Part shown: positions 17,788 through 24,000 of the stretch, piece by piece
Numbering within the stretch: the first letter of the stretch is position 1
How the letters are laid out: every line of letters starts with the position of its first letter
Assembly (NCBI RefSeq): GCF_029224125.1
Contig: NZ_CP098235.1
DNA: 24,000 nt
Reading direction: 5' to 3' (one strand)
Origin: Escherichia coli
Lineage (GTDB): Bacteria > Pseudomonadota > Gammaproteobacteria > Enterobacterales > Enterobacteriaceae
The notes under the pieces: model-generated
Told to the model about the DNA's origin: nothing
What the model saw: only the letters and a program-made list of their open reading frames with translations
The model's database searches: none
Made by a program: the position numbers and the translations under genes

Positions 17788-18765
17788 TCAGCGGGATTTG
17801 AAGAGTTTTTCCAGGTCATCCAGCGTGATGCCCAGTTTCTCAAGCAGGGCAAGCTTCTCCGCCATCTCCGGACTGACTTTTTCCGCAGGTGAAGGTTGCA
17901 ACGGATTTTCCTTACTCTCGTCATTCGGCGCTTTTAACCGGGGACGCCGGTAGTGAATACAGAAGAATTTTGTCCGCCCCCGCTGGATCTCCGTGTAATC
18001 AAGATATCCAATCTCGCGCAACTGCTCCATTGCCCGTCTGACCGTCTGGTTCTGGGAAAATACAGGAGACTTCAGATTGAGGCGTGCACGCAGCCGCGCC
18101 AGCGATATCGGTGCCGGATCCCGGGGCAGGCTCTCTATAAAGGTGTAGAGTGCCTGGGCGGACTCCCGTCGCTTCAGGGCATTAATCGCCTTAAGCTGGA
18201 GAAGGACTTTTCTGTCAAACTGGTACAGTTCAAACAGGCGGGGATCGGCCTGTAACTGCACAATATCCCGCTCAGTATCGTAGTAAGCTGACTGTACCAG
18301 ATGGGTGATATATTCCCGGGTGTGCTTCTCATCGGTACGGGAAAACGAAATCACGGTACCGGCAATGCGCTTCAGGGAAGGGCTGATGCGCTCACGCAGC
18401 CTGCGGGATGACTGGCTTGAAGGTATACCACACAGTTTTGCAAACTCAACAAAAGGCAGTTCAACTTTGTCACCAATCACGTTATGGCGGGCAAAGGAAT
18501 GAATGATCCCCACCCAGGTCTTGAAATCATTATCCATATCCAGGCGGGGGCCGGTGATCTCAACCTTATCGAATCCCTCAGCACGGGCCAGGGAAAGACG
18601 TGTCAGCTCTTCCGTGGCATCAGTACGTGACAGTGTATTTTTTTTACTGTTCTTCAGTGATTTAAGGGTCGGTACAAAAACGCCCAGACGCATCAGCGCC
18701 ACAGGTTGTACGGTGTTGTTATTGTTTGGTGTCAGTGTCACCAGCTCACCGGAGGACTTATCCAC
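17788..18765 (-). CDS. repA: RepFIB replication initiation protein RepA
   Basis: 325 aa [64 protein letters not shown]..., recognised as RepFIB RepA. Confidence 0.95.
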   Translation of the reverse strand: MDKSSGELVTLTPNNNNTVQPVALMRLGVFVPTLKSLKNSKKNTLSRTDATEELTRLSLARAEGFDKVEITGPRLDMDNDFKTWVGIIHSFARHNVIGDKVELPFVEFAKLCGIPSSQSSRRLRERISPSLKRIAGTVISFSRTDEKHTREYITHLVQSAYYDTERDIVQLQADPRLFELYQFDRKVLLQLKAINALKRRESAQALYTFIESLPRDPAPISLARLRARLNLKSPVFSQNQTVRRAMEQLREIGYLDYTEIQRGRTKFFCIHYRRPRLKAPNDESKENPLQPSPAEKVSPEMAEKLALLEKLGITLDDLEKLFKSR

Positions 18766-18926
18766 CTCGCCGAACAGTTTTTTGATGTCTGAATTTTCGT
18801 TTTCCAGAAAGCCTCCAGCCTGTGGACAGTAAAAGAATAAACAGAAAATCGTGTGTCAGAACTCCGCTAACTGACTGAAGAAAAACCTGCAGCCTGTATT
18901 TAACAACTGAGTCTGGCATACTGACC

Positions 18927-19021
18927 ATAGTTTATGTCATTAACTTACTTCAGTATATGGATTACTGAATACAGCTTATCATTAGCATGTTACAGTTTAT
19001 CAGTAACATGCCACAGCTTAT
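18927..19021. repeat. RepFIB iterons upstream of repA
   Basis: Cores ATAGTTTAT (18927), ACAGCTTAT (18971), ACAGTTTAT (18992), ACAGCTTAT (19013); the last three are at 21-bp intervals. Confidence 0.8.
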
Positions 19022-19132
19022 GTGATCGTGCTCCCGGCCCATGAGTGACAAGGTTTGCAGCGATATGGGGATCTTTAATGGATCCTTTGTTGATCATTCA
19101 TGGATCTGTTTACTGGATCGGGCCTCCGGATA

Positions 19133-19141
19133 TGTGGATAA
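19133..19141 (-). promoter_or_regulatory. DnaA box
   Basis: TGTGGATAA is the exact reverse complement of TTATCCACA, next to iterons and a GATC cluster. Confidence 0.65.
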
Positions 19142-19309
19142 ATCATTCCAGAAGGACAGCGCACACAACCGTTTTATGAAAGGGCTTCAGGGCGTACCTG
19201 CTCCCTGTAACTACAGATACATTGCGCTTCCTCGCCGGTTCGCGGGCTTCGCCCGGTCACCGGTCTGCGGCGAGCACTGTTTTTTCTGATGTCTGTCTTT
19301 ATGTAGTGG

Positions 19310-20566
<1,257 letters not shown>

Positions 20567-20670
20567 TAATTTTTGACGGAATCTGCCGTACTTCCTGAGC
20601 GTACGGTCATATCCGAAGTACACTTCATATGTGTGTTTCAATGCCAGGGATTGTGTATACAAACTACAGG

Positions 20671-21098
20671 TGTCAGCGCCAGTGATATAAGACGGTAATT
20701 CACCATTTGGATTGTCCGCTCCACCCAACATGTTGTTTCCTTAAGGTTCTCACACCAGAAAGGACATCAACATGCTGAGCAGAGAGGACTTTTACATGAT
20801 AAAGCAAATGCGCCAGCAGGGCGCGTACATTGTCGATATTGCGGCTCAGATTGGTTGCTCTGAACGGACGGTCAGACGCTACCTCAAATACCCTGAACCG
20901 CCAGCCAGAAAGACCCGCCACAAAATGGTTAAGCTGAAACCGTTTATGGATTACATCGACATGCGCCTGGCAGAGAATGTCTGGAATAGCGAGGTTATCT
21001 TCGCGGAGATTAAGGCAATGGGTTATACGGGCGGACGTTCCATGCTGCGTTACTACATCCAGCCCAAACGTAAAATGCGTCCGTCAAAAAGAACAAGG
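20671..21098 (+). mobile_element. istA: Left-end fragment of an IS21-family element with truncated istA
   Basis: Terminal TGTCAGCGCC at 20671; IstA N-terminus MLSREDFYMIKQMRQQGAYIVDIAAQIGCSERTVRRYLKYPEPPARKTRHKMVKLKPFMDYIDMRLAENVWNSEVIFAEIKAMGYTGGRSMLRYYIQPKRKMRPSKRT, then unrelated sequence. Confidence 0.85.
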
Positions 21099-21254
21099 AG
21101 AGAGTTACCGGTTAAAAGAGAAACGTAAAGCTGGAGTGCTGACCAAAAACACAACGCCAATCAGTGATGATGAAATGGTGCAAAGCGGACAGCATCAGTA
21201 ACGAAAGTATTTAGCGGGCATGAAAATGGCAAATAACGGTCAAACATCGTGGCG

Positions 21255-21775
21255 TTGACATAGTCGCAGTTTTGGTGAACGAATCACAGACAAAGATGCC
21301 ATGCACCAGGCTGTTGTTCAGTATGCAGAGCGGGCCGCAGAGAAACTACGTGGGGAGCGTCAGTATTGCCGGCAGGTGACGACATTTGTACGGACATCCC
21401 CCTGAACCCTGTTACAGCAATGCCGCTGTGGAAAAGCTTTCATTGCCCACACAGGACAGCCGGGACATTATTGCCGCCGCATGCAGAGCCTTAAACCATG
21501 TCTGGCGTGAAGGGTACCGCTATATGAAGGCAGGAGTCATGCTGGCTGATTTCACACCATCGGGTATAGCGCAGCCGGGATTATTTGATGAAATCCAGCC
21601 CCGTAAAAACAGTGAAAAGTTAATGAAAACACTCGATGAACTGAACCAGTCGGGAAAAGGGAAAGTGTGGTTTGCGGGGCGAGGAACCGCCCCTGAATGG
21701 CAAATGAAACGGGAAATGTTGAGTCAGTGTTATACAACTAAATGGCGAGATATTCCCCTGGCCAGGCTGGGTTAG
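21255..21775 (+). pseudogene. UmuC/ImpB-type Y-family polymerase C-terminal remnant
   Basis: GERITDKDAMHQAVVQYAERAAEKLRGERQYCRQVTTFVRTSP, then a frame change, then the 129-aa ORF ...QPGLFDE...LMKTLDELNQSGKGKVWFAGRGTAPEWQMKREMLSQCYTTKWRDIPLARLG, a typical UmuC C-terminus. Confidence 0.85.
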
Positions 21776-21954
21776 TTCAGTCATCTCCGAACATATTTTC
21801 AGCGTTTCTTCTGGTCTGGTCTTCACCGTCATTTCTCGACAGACTCTGCTCTGTAAGGGGAGTACTGCAATCCACAGACGTATGGAGACCAGATTGTTTT
21901 TCCAGTAATTCAATCAATTTCTTTTCAACCGAAAAAGCAGGTAATGACTCCAAC

Positions 21955-22458
21955 TTATTGATAGTGTTTTATGTTCAGATAATGCCCGATGACTTTGTCA
22001 TGCAGCTCCACCGATTTTGAAAACGACAGCGACTTCCGTCCCAGCCGTGCCAGGTGCTGCCTCAGATTCAGGTTATGCCGCTCAATTCGCTGCGTATATC
22101 GCTTGCTGATTACGTGCAGCTTTCCCTTCAGGCGGGATTCATACAGCGGCCAGCCATCCGTCATCCATATCACCACGTCAAAGGGTGACAGCAGGCTCAT
22201 AAGACGCCCCAGCGTCGCCATAGTGCGTTCACCGAATACGTGCGCAACAACCGTCTTCCGGAGCCTGTCATACGCGTAAAACAGCCAGCGCTGGCGCGAT
22301 TTAGCCCCGACATAGCCCCACTGTTCGTCCATTTCCGCGCAGACGATGACGTCACTGCCCGGCTGTATGCGCGAGGTTACCGACTGCGGCCTGAGTTTTT
22401 TAAGTGACGTAAAATCGTGTTGAGGCCAACGCCCATAATGCGGGCAGTTACCCGGCAT
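21955..22458 (-). CDS. insB: IS1 InsB (InsAB' C-terminal portion)
   Basis: 167 aa, IS1 InsB. Confidence 0.9.
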   Translation of the reverse strand: MPGNCPHYGRWPQHDFTSLKKLRPQSVTSRIQPGSDVIVCAEMDEQWGYVGAKSRQRWLFYAYDRLRKTVVAHVFGERTMATLGRLMSLLSPFDVVIWMTDGWPLYESRLKGKLHVISKRYTQRIERHNLNLRQHLARLGRKSLSFSKSVELHDKVIGHYLNIKHYQ

Positions 22459-22652
22459 CCAACGCCATTCATGGCCATATCAATGATTTTCTGGTGCGTA
22501 CCGGGTTGAGAAGCGGTGTAAGTGAACTGCAGTTGCCATGTTTTACGGCAGTGAGAGCAGAGATAGCGCTGATGTCCGGCGGTGCTTTTGCCGTTACGCA
22601 CCACCCCGTCAGTAGCTGAACAGGAGGGACAGCTGATAGAAACAGAAGCCAC
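22377..22652 (-). CDS. insA: IS1 InsA
   Basis: 91 aa, IS1 InsA. Confidence 0.9.
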   Translation of the reverse strand: MASVSISCPSCSATDGVVRNGKSTAGHQRYLCSHCRKTWQLQFTYTASQPGTHQKIIDMAMNGVGCRVTARIMGVGLNTILRHLKNSGRSR

Positions 22653-22914
22653 TGGAGCACCTCAAAAACACCATCATACACTAAATCAGTAAGTTGGCAG
22701 CATCACCGATCCCTTCATTTAGTGACTGCCCCTGGGTTTTTCATGCTCTCCTGCGTCCTAGAGAACTTGCCAATAACCTACATTATTTTTGCTTTGCCAT
22801 TACCAATCGTCCTGAACAAGTTCATTTTAAAGCCAAAGCGCTGCCCAACTTTTATCCTCAATACCACATCGTCAGCATGAAATAACCTAATCCCTGTGTT
22901 GGGATCTTATAATC

Positions 22915-22933
22915 GCTAATGATAATTATTTAC
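22915..22933. promoter_or_regulatory. Candidate Fur box upstream of sitA
   Basis: GCTAATGATAATTATTTAC; about 15/19 match to GATAATGATAATCATTATC. Confidence 0.6.
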
Positions 22934-22953
22934 ATTTTATAGCTTCTGCTATA

Positions 22954-22975
22954 AAACATAGTAGTTGCTATGTTT
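22954..22975. promoter_or_regulatory. MntR operator upstream of sitA
   Basis: AAACATAG-TAGTTG-CTATGTTT, perfect 8-bp-arm inverted repeat matching the known enterobacterial MntR box. Confidence 0.85.
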
Positions 22976-23007
22976 ATTCTAATTTTGCTCACTATAGGTA
23001 CTAAATC

Positions 23008-23922
23008 ATGCTCTCAATAAAAAAAGTAACCATGCTCTTGGGGTGCCTAGTCCTCACCTGCTCGATAGCATTTCAGGCGAGTGCAGCTGAAAAATTCAAG
23101 GTCATTACAACTTTTACCATCATCGCAGATATGGCCAAAAACGTGGCTGGAGATGCTGCAGAAGTCTCATCCATAACCAAGCCTGGTGCAGAAATTCATG
23201 AGTATCAGCCTACCCCTGGCGATATTAAACGTGCGCAGGGGGCACAACTGATTCTCGCCAATGGTATGAATCTGGAATTGTGGTTCCAACGCTTTTACCA
23301 GCATCTCAATGGGGTTCCAGAAGTAATTGTCTCTTCGGGTGTGACGCCAGTAGGGATCACCGAAGGGCCCTATGAGGGCAAACCTAACCCCCATGCCTGG
23401 ATGTCGCCAGATAATGCTCTGATTTACGTCGATAATATTCGTGATGCGTTTATAAAATACGATCCGGCAAATGCACAAACCTACCAACGTAATGCCGATA
23501 CTTATAAAGCCAAGATTACCCAAACCCTTGCCCCCCTGCGTAAGCAGATTGCGGAACTCCCTGAGAATCAGCGATGGATGGTCACCAGTGAAGGGGCTTT
23601 TTCTTATCTCGCACGCGATTTGGGGCTAAAAGAGCTTTATCTGTGGCCGATTAATGCCGATCAACAAGGAACACCGCAGCAGGTACGTAAGGTTGTTGAT
23701 ATAGTTAAGAAAAATCATATCCCGGCAGTCTTTAGCGAGAGTACGATTTCCGATAAACCAGCGCGTCAGGTTGCGCGTGAAACCGGCGCGCACTACGGTG
23801 GTGTGCTCTATGTCGATTCCCTGAGCACAGAAAACGGCCCGGTACCTACGTATATCGACCTTCTGAAGGTTACTACCAGTACGCTGGTACAGGGAATTAA
23901 AGCCGGAAAAAGGGAGAAATAA
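23008..23922 (+). CDS. sitA: SitA, periplasmic Mn/Fe-binding protein of the SitABCD transporter
   Basis: 304 aa; signal peptide, then AEKFKVITTFTIIADMAKNVAGDAAEVSSITKPGAEIHEYQPTPGD..., metal-binding lipoprotein family (SitA/YfeA-type). Confidence 0.95.
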   Translation: MLSIKKVTMLLGCLVLTCSIAFQASAAEKFKVITTFTIIADMAKNVAGDAAEVSSITKPGAEIHEYQPTPGDIKRAQGAQLILANGMNLELWFQRFYQHLNGVPEVIVSSGVTPVGITEGPYEGKPNPHAWMSPDNALIYVDNIRDAFIKYDPANAQTYQRNADTYKAKITQTLAPLRKQIAELPENQRWMVTSEGAFSYLARDLGLKELYLWPINADQQGTPQQVRKVVDIVKKNHIPAVFSESTISDKPARQVARETGAHYGGVLYVDSLSTENGPVPTYIDLLKVTTSTLVQGIKAGKREK

Positions 23923-23924
23923 TG

Positions 23925-24000
23925 ATGCAATCTGCAGGCATTGTCGTTAATGATGTTACTGTCACCTGGCGTAACGGGCACACAGCACTGCGCGATGCAT
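23925..24000 (+). CDS. sitB: SitB, ABC transporter ATPase (partial, runs off the window)
   Basis: MQSAGIVVNDVTVTWRNGHTALRDA..., starting directly after the sitA stop (ATGATG at 23922-23927). Confidence 0.88.
   Translation, partial: MQSAGIVVNDVTVTWRNGHTALRDA

Larger units (their letters stand above)
21940..22707 (-). mobile_element. IS1 copy B, full length 768 bp
   Basis: Same termini as copy A; insB protein identical, insA protein differs at two residues (A/V and F/L). Confidence 0.95.

Noticed and set aside
17192-18832. ORFs opposite int and repA (105, 100, 65 and 109 aa)
   Set aside because: Antisense shadows of confidently assigned genes, with no independent start signals.
22694-22885. 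63-aa ORF starting inside the IS1 end
   Set aside because: It begins within the IS1 terminus, with no RBS or family resemblance; likely chance.

Overview
The window looks like an accessory/replication segment of an Escherichia coli F-type (ColV-like, ExPEC/APEC-type) virulence plasmid. Left to right it contains: a partial ORF; a VapBC/VagCD toxin-antitoxin locus with a frameshifted toxin; a two-gene overlapping operon (HK97-gp10-like small protein plus a PF10137-type TIR-like protein); the pif operon (pifC intact, pifA multiply frameshifted); two unknown ORFs coupled to resD, in the position ccdAB holds in plasmid F; an IS1 (minus strand); nested IS3-family debris interrupted by an IS629/IS3411-type element with an AGG target duplication; an orphan minus-strand ORF; plasmid ompT; hlyF; a mig-14-like gene; an int tyrosine recombinase; the RepFIB replicon (repA, iterons, DnaA box, GATC cluster); a complete 1258-bp IS3-family element with a TTA target duplication; a chimeric IS21/umuC-like remnant; a second IS1 in the same orientation; and the start of sitABCD with Fur-like and MntR operators. 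The items most worth follow-up are the gp10-like/TIR-like operon, near-identical PhoP-box-like direct repeats near ompT and upstream of hlyF, the unknown gene pair in the ccdAB slot, and the 12.6-kb virulence/RepFIB segment bounded by direct IS1 copies. All family names come from recalled knowledge of sequence families; no database search was run.
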